Source: Octopus vulgaris
Lineage: Eukaryota
Reading direction: 5' to 3'
Length of the DNA: 64,000 nt
Assembly (NCBI GenBank): GCA_951406725.2
Contig: OX597819.1
Coordinates: forward strand, 89,218,001 to 89,282,000
Each line of letters begins with the position of its first letter. Position 1 is the stretch's first letter. The notes below the pieces were generated by a model. The model was not told the origin of the DNA. It did not search any database and was given only the letters and a program-made list of their open reading frames with translations. This document shows positions 52,836 to 64,000 of this stretch, piece by piece. A program made the translations under genes and the position numbers.

Positions 52836-53500
52836 TGTGTTTGTTTGTATATTCTTTTATTCTTTTACTCGTTTCAGTCATTTGACTGCGGCCATGCTGG
52901 AGCACCACCTTTAGTCGATCAAAAATCGACCCCAGGACTTATTTTTTGTACGCCTAGTACTTATTCTATCAGTCTCTTTTGCTGAACTGCTAAGTTATGG
53001 GAGTGTAAACACACCAACATCTATTGTCAAGCAAACACACAAACATATACAAATATTTATATATATATATGATGGGCTTCTTTCAGTTTCCGTCTACCAA
53101 ATCCACTCAAGACTTGGGTTGGCCTGAGGCTATAGTAGAAGACACTTGCTCAAGGTGCCATGCAGTGGGACTGAACCCAGAACCATGTGGTTGGTAAGCA
53201 ATCTCCTTACCACACACCCACACCTATATACAAATATATGTGTGTGTGTGTGTGTGTGCGTGTGTGTGTGTGTGTATGTTTGTGTGTGTGTGTGCTTCTC
53301 TCCCACCACTGCTTGACAACTGGTGTTGGTGTATTTATGTCCCTGTAATCTAGCAGTTCGGCAAAACAGACTGATAGAATAAGCACCAGGCTTTAAAAAA
53401 GTAAAACGTACTGAGGTTGATTCATTCAACTAAAAATCAATCCAAAGTGGCACCCCAGCATGATCACAAGTCTAATGATTGAAACAAATAAGATAAAAGA
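52607..53500. mobile_element. SINE family A (+) with an inverted family A copy (52855-53225, -) in its microsatellite
   Basis: Plus-strand head 52607-52772, minus-strand copy, plus-strand tail 53295-53500. Confidence 0.75.
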
Positions 53501-55788
53501 CTAAAGATTTACCAGATCTCATTCTTAAGGCTTGAGATTAACCAAACCTGGGCACCAACCCATTAATCCGTTAATTAATGAAGTTACCATTTTTGTTGAC
53601 AATTTAACTTCCGAGTTGACTTGGAAATCCTTATTGGATTAATTAATTTCCATTACATTTAACTTCCATTAACTTCAATTGAATTAAAGTTAACAGATTT
53701 TATAGTTTTGGCACTTTTTAAAGGTATTTTTAGGTGGTTTTAGAGCAAAAACTGATTTTCTGGTTTTTTTCTATAATAAAAATTCATATTAACAGTCTGT
53801 TGATAACTTCCATTACATTAAGAAATAATTAATTGGTTAACAATTATTGAAGTTAACATTTTGGTTAACAGATTAATGGTTAACGAAGTTAACTTTTCAA
53901 TTAAGAATTTGTCTGAGGAATATAAAGAGTATTTATGTGGTATGAATGACTTCAATTTAATTATCTCGTTTGAGTTTCTCTTTTGGCTAATTTATGAATG
54001 GATATAGATAAACCATGAGATTAACCCATGGCTAGGGTAGAAAGAAAAACTTGCCTCAGATGTCATGCTGTGAGATTTAACTGAAACACTCTGTGGTTGC
54101 AAAGAGAATTTCTTAACCATATAATATGGTTGTGCGGTTGAAAAGTTTACTCTTTGCCTACAGAGTTTCAGTTACAGTGCCAGAGCATGGTATCTTGGGA
54201 AGTGTTGTCTACTAATATCCCTGGACTAACCAAAACCTTGTGAGAGAATTTAGTAGAAGAAAACTGAAAGAACTCCATCATATGTGTGTGTGTTTGTACG
54301 TGTGTGCATGTATGTGTGTGCGTGTACATATGTATATGTGTGTGTGTGAGTGTGTGTTTGTATCTTCTTGTCTTTACATTGTGTGATAGTTGTAAACGAG
54401 TGTCACTGCCATACAAGCAGTGTCCTTCTTTTCCATATTCTATGAAAATATGTCTGGTAATGAGGAATATTTCCATACTCAGAAGCAGGTGAGGGTTGGC
54501 AGCAGGAAGGGCATCCAGCTATAGAAATTTCTCTCAGTTAAACTCTGTCTGATGCACACAAGCATGGGAAGTAGACATTGATTAAAACCATGATGATGTT
54601 GCTGCTGCTGATGATGATGCTGATGTCTGTGAAGATGAGTAACTCTTTATGAGTAAATTACTGACGAATTATCCAATGAAACAAGCAACAGTAGAAGTTA
54701 CAAGATCTATTGAAACAGACATACTTGTAATGTCTAAATTTAAAAAAGAAGAGATATAGACATACTATGGTATAACCAGTAATGTAGCTATAAGGTGAAC
54801 AACAAGTTCAGAGTTTAAGTCTTGTCAATGAAATTATTACTTTCTCAGCTTCAGCTTGGTTTTCAGTATTTAATTTTATTATCTTTTATCTTTCACTTGT
54901 TTTAGCCATTTAACAGCAACCATGCTGAAGCAATTTCTAGAATGTTTAACTGAACAAGATAAAGAGACACAGGGTAAGAGTAAAGGGTAAAAACCCCCTT
55001 TAGTCAGGAATGACCATGGAATTGCACCTAGAAAGTTCTGCTCCAAGACATCAAGGAGGCACAAACACATATAAAATAAGCTTCTTTCAGTTTCCACCAA
55101 CCACACCTGTAAATCTATACATGCACATGCGGCAAAAGTGAGAAAATGGGAAAGGCTGTGAAGTTACAAAGTTTAGTTTGCAATCATGCAACTTCAGGTT
55201 CAGTTCCATTGTATTGCACCTTAGGCAAATGTCTTCTACTATAGTTCCAGGATCCACCACAAAGTCCAATTCTTGCTGTGATGTGGTGGCTTATGTACCT
55301 CAGTGACACTGAGAACTATGCTAGTAGAGTGCAAGTTTCTAGTAGGGCTATCTATGTCAAAGGATGGAGGCCAGATTAATATGAAGCACATCTTTCAAGA
55401 GATAAAAATGGGTTTACTTAGCGGGCAACTCACCAAATAGAAAAAAACAAATAGCAAAGTTACAGAAATTATTTCCAATTCAAAACCAACAAGAGCTGGG
55501 AGAGGAAGGCCTTCCTTCAAAGAGACATAGATGGGATACTGAGGTAGGGATTCAAATGGAGAGAAGCAGAAAAGACATTCCAGATTCAAGAACAGTGAAG
55601 AAAATTCATTTATAGTCCCAAGATGACCAATGCTTTGTGAATGAAACTGGTAGATGGAAACTGTAGAAAACACTTGCCCAAGGAGCCATACAGTCGGACT
55701 GAACCCAGAGCCATGTGGTCTGGAAGCAAGCTTCTCACCACACAATCACACCTGTACACACATACACACACACACACACACATATATA

Positions 55789-56177
55789 GGTGCAGGAGCA
55801 GCTGTGTGGTAAGTAGCTTGCTTACCAACCTCATGGGTCTGGGTTCAGTCCCACTGCGTGGCACCTTGGGCAAGTGTCTTCTACTATAGCCTCGAGCCGA
55901 ACAAAGCCTTGTAAGTAGATTTGGTAGACGGAAACTGAAAGAAGCCCGTTGTATAAATGTATATGTATGTGTGTGTGTGTTTGTGTTTGTCCCCCCCAAC
56001 ATTGCTTGACAGCCAATGCTGGTGTGCTTATGTCCCCATAACTTAGCGGTTCGGCAAAAGAGACTGATAGAATAAGTACTAGGCGTACAAAGAATAAGTC
56101 CTGGGGTCGATTTGCTCGACTAAAGGCGGTGCTCCAGCATGGCCGCAGTCAAATGACTGAAACAAGTAAAAAGAGAG
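55789..56177 (+). mobile_element. SINE family A, full length
   Basis: Colinear with 4072-4476. Confidence 0.9.
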
Positions 56178-57129
56178 AATATATATACACATACACACAA
56201 ATACACATATATTCATACATGCACACATGTATGTATGTGTATTTATATGTGTGTGTGTTTGTGTGAGAGTGCACACGCACACACAAGAGTATGAGTATGT
56301 ATACACACTGCAACCCAGCTCAACATTTCTGAAGACTCGTAAACTTAAACTTTTGAAAATCATACGTGTATTAATATTAATACAAATAAATCTCCTTATA
56401 CAGTCTCTGAGATTTTTCAACTTCATTTATTTCTTTTCTATACGACTTACTTGCATGGATTAATAACTACTTTGTCTATATTTGTGTGTGTGTGTGTGTG
56501 TGAGTTTGTGTAGGAGTGTTCCAGTAGAAGTATTACCAGTGTGTTTGTGTTTGTACTTCCACCACTTGACAACAACTGTTGGTTTGTTTACATCTCCATG
56601 ACTTAGCAGTTCAACAAAGAGAAAAAAAATATGTACTCGTGACAACTTACTCAATTAAATTATTCAGGCTGTAACCCAGCATAACAGTTGTAAAAAAATA
56701 AAATATCTACACACACACATACACACATAAACACATACACAAACATACACACACGTACATGTGTATTAAATTAAAGCAAATGAAATACCTAAATATTCTG
56801 TCTTTCTTTTATACTTTTACTTACTTCAGTTGTTTGACTGTGGTCATGCTGGAGCACCACCTTAAAAGGTTTTAGTCAAGAAAATTGACTCCAGGACTTA
56901 TTCTTTGTAAGCCTAGTACTTGTTCTATTGTCTCTTTTGTTGAACCACTAAGTTACAGGAACATAAACAACAGTTGTCAAGCGATGGTGGGGAGACAAAC
57001 ATTGACACAAAGACACAAACACATAAATATAAACAATATATATATTCTCATTTTTATGAGATCAGTGACTGTGTGTCGCTTAAAAAATATATAGTATTTG
57101 TAAGTGGAGAGAGCCTTGATCACCAGATA

Positions 57130-57188
57130 GTGATTCCCTCACACTGAGGATGGGCAACTAACTAGAAACCTAGGTCTGTGAGTATCAC
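57130..57188 (+). ncRNA. Minimal type I hammerhead ribozyme, apparently intact
   Basis: GUGAU-UCC-CUCACA CUGAGGA UGG-GCAACUAA-CUA GAAA CCUAGG UC UGUGAG-U-AUCAC. 6+5-bp stem I, 3-bp stem II, palindromic ACCUAGGU stem III, GUC triplet. Confidence 0.82.
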
Positions 57189-57517
57189 GTAAGGCTAGAG
57201 ATGGGAGTGAAGTCCCCCTTGGCATATATATGTGCTGGTAGCCAACTTGAAAAGATGTTTTCCTGGGGCTAAATAATAGTAACATCGTCATTGTATAGGA
57301 CTGCCACATTAACTTTAGCTAATAAACTTTACTATATATATAGGCGCAAGAGTGGCTGTGTGGTAAGAACCTTGCTTCCCAACCACATGGTTCCAGGTTC
57401 AGTCCTAGTGAGTGGCACCTTGGGCAAGTGTCTTCTACTATAGCCTCGGGCCAACTAACGCCTTGTGAGTGGATTTGGTAGACGGAAACTGAAAAAGGCT
57501 TGTCTTATATAGATATA

Positions 57518-58823
57518 CTAGCAGTATCGCCCGGTGTTGCTTGGGTTTGTAAGGGAAATAACTATATAAGCATTTTTAGAGAGTTATAGCCAAAAAATAG
57601 CAAAAAATGCATTAAAAATGGAAAAAATATGATGGTAAATTTTTTTAAAATCGTTGACTCATCGTAGACATTTTTAGAGAGTTACTTCCCTTATACAATA
57701 GCGAAAAAATGCATTAAAATGGAAAAAAAACGATGGTAAATTTTTTTTTAAATCGTAGACTCATGTAGACGCTTTCTTAGCCATTTCTGTTTTGGTGTCT
57801 TGAAGCCATGAAGTCGTTGTTCTAAAAGAACACTGGTCTCCTTGACAACGCATTACGACGTTGATTTCCTTACACTCCCTTCCCCACAGGTGCAGATGTG
57901 AGCGTGGACGCCAACTCCGCCGCCATCGACACACGAAAAATTATGCATTAAAATGGAATAAAAAATGATGTTAAATTATTTTTAAAATCGTAGACTCATC
58001 GTAGACGCGCGCTAATATTCAGACGGGCTCGATATGAATCACGACTATAAGCTACCCGAATTTGGTTAAACTGTACCGCAAAATGTGGGAGTAGTTAGGA
58101 ATCTAAATCGAAGGGGACAGACACTCACACAACTACAGTTTTATATATATAGATATACATAGCGCAGTAGTGGTGAGATATGACAGCAAAGAAAAGCATA
58201 CATTCACTCTCTGCATGCAATTAGACTCGGAAAGTTCGTGAGGAACCCATTGACCCAATTTGCTGACTTTTCCGATAGCACACAGGTGTCAATGAATGGT
58301 TGAATGACCAAATCCAAGCTTCTCTGCTAGTTCCTCAACAGTTACGATGATATTTTGTTCCACCAGGGTTTTCAGGATGTCCTTGTCGAGTTCTACAGAT
58401 CTTTCAGGATGAGGCTCGTCTTCTAGGCTGTAGTTTATGGCTCGGGATTTCTGGAACCACCATTGACACTGCCTTACGCTTATTGTCCAATCCCCATATA
58501 CTGCATTAATATTTCTTGTACTTTGCACACATTTATATTCTGTTATTCTTTTATATGTTTCAGCCTTGAGGTTGTGGCCATGCTGGATCATGTGTGTGTG
58601 TGTGTGTGTGTGTCTATCTGTCTGTCTGTCTGTATGTATATATGTATATGTATGTGTGTGAACAATAATATTTTCAACAGATGTGTTGCAAATGTATCTG
58701 ATTGTTCTCAAGCTTCAATACTGTGTGTATGTGTGTGTGTGTATGTATGTATGTATATGTATGTATGTATGTATGTATATGTATGTATGTATGTATGTGT
58801 GTGTGTATGTATGTGTGTGTGTA

Positions 58824-58856
<33 letters not shown>

Positions 58857-59304
58857 ATGTATGTATGTATGTATGTATGAGTGTATGTTTACTTTATTAC
58901 TAATTACTCTCTTCCAAGAACATTTTCACTCACTCTTAGCTCTTAGCTTCCCATACATTTTACTCATGTATCTATCATCGTCATAGACAGAATACTTTCA
59001 CTTTAGTCTTCCTCAAATCACTCTGTCCGCTATTTACTTTCATTTTATTCGTTGCCCACTGTGTGTGTGCGTTTGCGTGTGGTGTAAACCAGACTAAGAA
59101 AAGCATTTGACACACACACCAGAATGTGAGTTTTCTGTAAATTTTGCTTAATTGGAGTTTAAATTTTAAAAACTGGAGCTGGCATGACGCGATGCATTGT
59201 ACTCTTAAAATTGCTAGGTAAATTGTAATTGAAGAAATCCTATATTGTAGATTTGTATAACTCCCAAAGGGAGGCAGATAAAATCTGCCTTTTATAATAA
59301 GAGA
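57518..59304 (-). mobile_element. Composite non-autonomous Helitron inserted in a SINE A microsatellite
   Basis: Minus strand: A|TCTCTTATTATAAAA at 59304 (matches 22919-23190), second 5' module A|TCTATATATATAAAA at 58153 (matches 24055-24260), hairpin CCCAAGCAACACCGGG then CTAG|T at 57518. SINE A head 57342-57510 and tail 59306-59525 flank it. Confidence 0.8.
58165..58532 (-). pseudogene. Mariner transposase N-terminal relic
   Basis: STRNINAVYGD...CQWWFQK...SLEDEPHPERS...TVEELAEKLG, then QWVPHELSESN (WVPHEL motif) after a frameshift. Confidence 0.85.
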
Positions 59305-59553
59305 TGTGTATATATTTGTGTGTGTGTGTCTGTGTTCATCCCCACACCATCGCTTGACAACCGATGTTGGTGTGTTTACGTCCCCATTATTTAGCAGTTT
59401 AGCAAAAGAGACCGACAGAAAAATTACTAGGCTTACAAAGAATAAGTCCTGGGTTCGATTTGTTCGACTAAAGGCAGTGCTCCAGCATGGCCACAGTCAA
59501 ATGACTGAAACAAGTAAAAGAATAAAATAATATTTATATGTATATATGTATAT

Positions 59554-59588
<35 letters not shown>

Positions 59589-59594
59589 CAGTTA

Positions 59595-59850
59595 TATATA
59601 AGGGAAATATGCTGAAAAATAGATGCTAAATCATCTAATCACATAAAATATTTTCACTTATATTATTTCTACACCACACGTAAATATTTTATGTGGTTAG
59701 ACAATTTAGCATCCATTTTTCAGCATATTGGCAAAGAAAATTTTTCTTTTGCCCTTATTTATAATTGTATTTATAATTTTCACCTTAAAAGGTATCTTTC
59801 ATATGCTGGCCACTGATAACATTTTTAAATAAAGTTTTATCCTTATATTA
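59595..59850 (+). mobile_element. 3' fragment of the 20.3-kb element family with a short inverted arm
   Basis: 59690-59850 is the diverged reverse complement of 20336-20525. 59606-59653 is inverted relative to 59682-59729. Confidence 0.7.
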
Positions 59851-59868
59851 GTAGTAGTATATATATAG

Positions 59869-60209
59869 CGAAGACGGCGATATTGTTTTCAGTCGTGTGT
59901 CCATGGACAAGATATCTCAAGAACCGGTGGATGGATTCAGATGAAACTTTCAGGTATGTTTAGCCTCATGACTGGCATGAACTGATTAGATTTTGGGATC
60001 GATCCAGTATCAGACAAGGATTCTGGATTATTTTTCCTGTTTTTTAAATTAATTTTTGAGAGCAGTTAGGTTCATTTTTAATATTCTCGTTTGTGAGAGC
60101 AGTCGAGTTTATTTCAGATATTCTCATTTTAAAAATCATCTCTGGCTAATCATTGAGAGGACGTTGGTGTTGCCTTGGCAGAGGTTTGCACTCTCTGAGT
60201 GCTCTTGTT
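59869..60209 (+). mobile_element. Helentron-associated interspersed element (HINE/DINE-1-like), 5' truncated
   Basis: Core GATATCTCAAGAACC..TGGATGGATT..GATGAAACTTT, subterminal CCTTGGCAGAGGT and terminal hairpin GCACTC-TCT-GAGTGC, followed by a T-rich end. Confidence 0.65.
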
Positions 60210-60570
60210 ATATTTTAATCTCTCTGCAAAACAATCTCTGATTTATAAGCTGAAAGTGAATAGAAAGTAAAACATTTGACAGCAATAGATGAAGTTCAAT
60301 GTCTGTTCTTTTACCATTTATTTTTTACTTCTTATAGTATTTAATGTTTTTTTTTTGTTTGTTTGTTTTAGACTGGTACTTATTCTATTAGTTTCTTTTT
60401 TGGATCACTAAGTTATGGGGATGTAAACAAACCAACACTGGTTTTTAAACTGTGGTGGGACATAAACACAAACACAATGGCACACATACACACACACAAA
60501 TATGTGTCTGTATGTACATGTATGTGTGTGTCTCTCTCTCTCTCACTATCACTCTCATCATTCATATGTG

Positions 60571-60641
<71 letters not shown>

Positions 60642-60653
60642 ATGTATATATAT

Positions 60654-60687
<34 letters not shown>

Positions 60688-61399
60688 ATATCACCATCAT
60701 CATTTATATATGTGTACATCTATACACACACACACACATGTATATCTACTTCATCTATCGAATCCATTCACAAGGTTTTGGTCAGCCTTGGATCATACTG
60801 GAAGAAACATACCCAAGGTGGGACTGAACCTGTAACCATGTGATAGGGAAGCAAACTTCTTACAACACAGCCATGACTGTGCCTATTGATTACAAATTAG
60901 CTAATACAATCACAATATCAAGAGTGTATCTGGAATGGCAGTGAGCATGTATGCGAGCATCTATGCGTATGAATGTGGGGAAGCCATTATCAACTACATA
61001 TAGCTAAAGATTCACATTCTTTTGTCTTTTCTATGGATAAATATTCCAGTAAATTCTTTTTACATGATGTTTCAAACACATTCTCTAATTATACTTTAAT
61101 GATTTTCTTCATAGGGACATCAGTAAAAAAGCTTAACCACAGTAAAAATGCTGTGTGTTCATTTGTTATTTTGCAAAGTATTCATGAATTTGTCTGAGGA
61201 ATGTGATAAGTATTTATGTGGTATGAATGACTTTAATTTAATTTAATTATCTCGTCTGAGTTTCTGTTTTGGCTAATTTATGAATGGATATAGATGTGCT
61301 AATTAGAATTATTAGAGGCCAGAAAAGTTGAATGTGGTTTTAGTGCTTTCACTGTTCATTTCATATGTATGCAGACAGGAGTGAATTCCACTTTAAATT

Positions 61400-61498
61400 C
61401 CCTTATACAAAAGTAGTTCTATTATTATTATTATTATTATTATTATTATCGTTATTATTATTATTATCATTATTATTATCATTATTATTATCATTATT

Positions 61499-61554
<56 letters not shown>

Positions 61555-61622
61555 TATTATTATTATCGTTATTATTATTATCATTATCATTATTATTATC
61601 GTTATTATTATTATCATTATCA

Positions 61623-61653
<31 letters not shown>

Positions 61654-61755
61654 CATCATTATCATCATCATTATTATTATTATTATTATTATCATTATTA
61701 TTATTATTATTATTGTTATTATTATTGTTATTATTATTATCATTATTATTATCAC

Positions 61756-61800
<45 letters not shown>

Positions 61801-61851
61801 TATTATTATCACTATTATTATTATTATTATTATTATCATTATTATTATCAC

Positions 61852-61893
<42 letters not shown>

Positions 61894-61908
61894 CATTATT
61901 ATTATCAC

Positions 61909-61953
<45 letters not shown>

Positions 61954-62068
61954 CATTATTATTATCATTATTATTATCATTATTATTATCATTATCATCA
62001 TCATCATCATCATCATCATTATTATTATTATCGTTATTATTATTATCATTATCATTATTATTATCGTT

Positions 62069-62121
<53 letters not shown>

Positions 62122-62129
62122 CATTATCA

Positions 62130-62160
<31 letters not shown>

Positions 62161-62229
62161 CATTATTATTATTATTATTATTATTATTGTTATTATTATT
62201 GTTACTATTATTATCATTATTATTATCAC

Positions 62230-62270
<41 letters not shown>
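61400..62270. repeat. (TTA)n/(TCA)n compound microsatellite, about 870 bp
   Basis: Direct reading; source of the 300-aa poly-L/I/N ORFs. Confidence 0.95.
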
Positions 62271-62271
<1 letters not shown>

Positions 62272-62423
62272 GATTGATATTATTGAGATCGATAAAATAA
62301 GTACCAGAAGGGTATCCAGCAGTAGAAAATCCACTCTCAACAAATTCCATTCAAGCCATGCAAGTATGGATAAGTGGACATCAAAATAATGATGATGATG
62401 TGATATTTATAAATATATATATA

Positions 62424-62455
62424 CTAGCGTGACCCATGAATATTTCATGGAATTA
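62424..62455 (-). mobile_element. Probable Helitron 3' terminus (extent of element unknown)
   Basis: Hairpin CCATGAA-ATA-TTCATGG followed by GTCACGCTAG|T on the minus strand, in TA context. Confidence 0.5.
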
Positions 62456-63127
62456 ATAGTAAACCTATTGGGTTATTCCTGAAAATTTTATCCCCAAAAC
62501 CTGAAACTATAGCCTTTGTTGTGTCTGTATCAAAAGATAGCTACTCATCTGCTGTTCATTGAAAAGTGAAGGAAACTGGAATAAGATGATTACTTAATGC
62601 ACTTTATATATACACGTTGTATACTTTATGCACAATTCTATAGACTTAATACAAAGCACTCATAAAATAAATATTCACTCTTATTTTTCCATTTTTCTCA
62701 TAAACCAAAAAAATTACATTTTAAAATTTACATGGTCACAATTTCATATCTAGAAAATATAAGTTTTATAGTAAAAAAAATTACTTTATATGTGAAATAT
62801 AGGAGTTACAATTTCATGGGTGTAAAAATTTAATGCAACATGACATACTCTGGAAACCACATCGTTGGTGACTTATAAGCCAAGGTGATGGGCCAGAGCC
62901 AATACAAATTTCAATTTGCATACACCTTTCAATCCAATACTTCTTTGCAGATTAATGTTCTTCATTTAAGTTCTCCCTCTTCTTCTCCTTTGTTTGTCAA
63001 TGTTGATAATTTTAACTCTCACATCAGATAATTTACGAGCCCTTGAGAATGCATGGCTGAATACAGGCCGAATACCGGTTCCAGCAAGAACAGCTCCACT
63101 TTATCAAATGTCTGCCTTTGTGATTTA

Positions 63128-63562
63128 TTGAAGGTAGTGATGTAGAGGAGCATTAGGAATATAATTTTAGCAGAGGGGTGATGTTCTGCTGGTGAGATTA
63201 AAGAAAGACAGAGAGAGAGAGAGAAGGCAGTGGTAGTGGTGGTGGTGGTGGCAGTGATGGTGAGTGCATAGTGAAAAGTAATTTTCACTATTGCATCTGA
63301 TGGTTAAACAAGAAACTGGTTTCTTTCTAAAGTGGATGGCAAGTTTGGGATGCACATGTGTTAAGTGATAAGTGATATAAAAAAACTTAGTTCAATTTTT
63401 TAAAAATTACTTTTCACTATGCACTCACCATCACCGCCACCACCACCACCACCACAAACACCACCACCTTCTCTCTCTGTGTCTTTCTTTAATCTCACCA
63501 TCAGAACATCACCCCTCTGCTAAAATTATATTCCTAATGCTCCTCTATATCACTACCTTCAA
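63128..63562. repeat. Long inverted repeat (about 160-bp arms, about 117-bp spacer)
   Basis: 63128-63285 is the near-perfect reverse complement of 63403-63562. Confidence 0.9.
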
Positions 63563-63778
63563 CTAACATTTTTAACCACATTCCCCCTACCACATGTCAT
63601 GGACACTTCTCTCTCCATCTTTTCTCTCACTCATTTCCTTTCTTTCTCTTTCTGCCTCACTCTTTGCCTTATACTCTTTTCCTCTCTCCCTCTTTTCTTT
63701 CTCCCACTTTTTCACCAATCATATGAAAGCGTTACTGATGGGCTAAGTAACATAATGACAAGCAGAATTATTATATTT

Positions 63779-63848
<70 letters not shown>

Positions 63849-64000
63849 TGTATAAAGGCATGTGGCTTAGTGGTTAGGGTATTCAGCTCATGATCATAAG
63901 GACATGAGTTCAATTCCTGGTGATGTGCTGTGTCCTTGAGCAAGAGAATTTATTTCATGTTGGTCAATCCATTCAGCTGGAAAAAAGGAGTAGTACCTGT

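Noticed and set aside
54653-54695. CTGACGA ATT ATCC AAT GAAA hammerhead-like core
   Set aside because: No UH cleavage site in register and no stem I; likely chance.
55270-55385. Resemblance to an RTE-type 5' UTR (CTTGCTGTGATGTGGTGGCTTATGTACCTCAGTGACACTGAGAACTATGC)
   Set aside because: Recognised only from memory, heavily decayed and with no adjoining ORF; not enough to annotate.
61365-62350. 300-aa ORFs (poly-L/I/N/D)
   Set aside because: They are translations of a (TTA/TCA)n microsatellite. The same applies to the poly-E, poly-P/T, poly-D/H, YI and HT ORFs elsewhere.

Overview
AT-rich, microsatellite-saturated animal genomic DNA, most likely from an octopus or other coleoid cephalopod (inferred from the SINE, RTE-tail and microsatellite content). 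It looks intronic or intergenic: I found no host protein-coding exon I can support, and almost all ORFs in the track are translated simple repeats or SINEs. The window is a mosaic of three tRNA-derived SINE families, RTE-LINE fragments and tails, Tc1/mariner relics, Helitrons, a Helentron-type element, MITEs and minisatellites. The most notable signal is a set of type I hammerhead ribozyme motifs, found by eye, inside short non-coding elements inserted in or next to (TA)n tracts. Two fit the core and all three stems (47.8 kb, 57.1 kb) and two are near-intact (20.6 kb, 30.7 kb). There is also a decayed 361-bp tandem pair (27.8/28.2 kb) and an inverted pair with an atypical CUGU core (26.7/27.3 kb). 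They have palindromic or near-palindromic stem III and tandem or inverted layouts typical of Penelope-like pLTRs and retrozymes. The second highlight is two composite Helitrons with the same double-5'-end architecture but different cargo, one of which splits a SINE. All calls are manual; no alignments or folding were run, and repeat boundaries are approximate.
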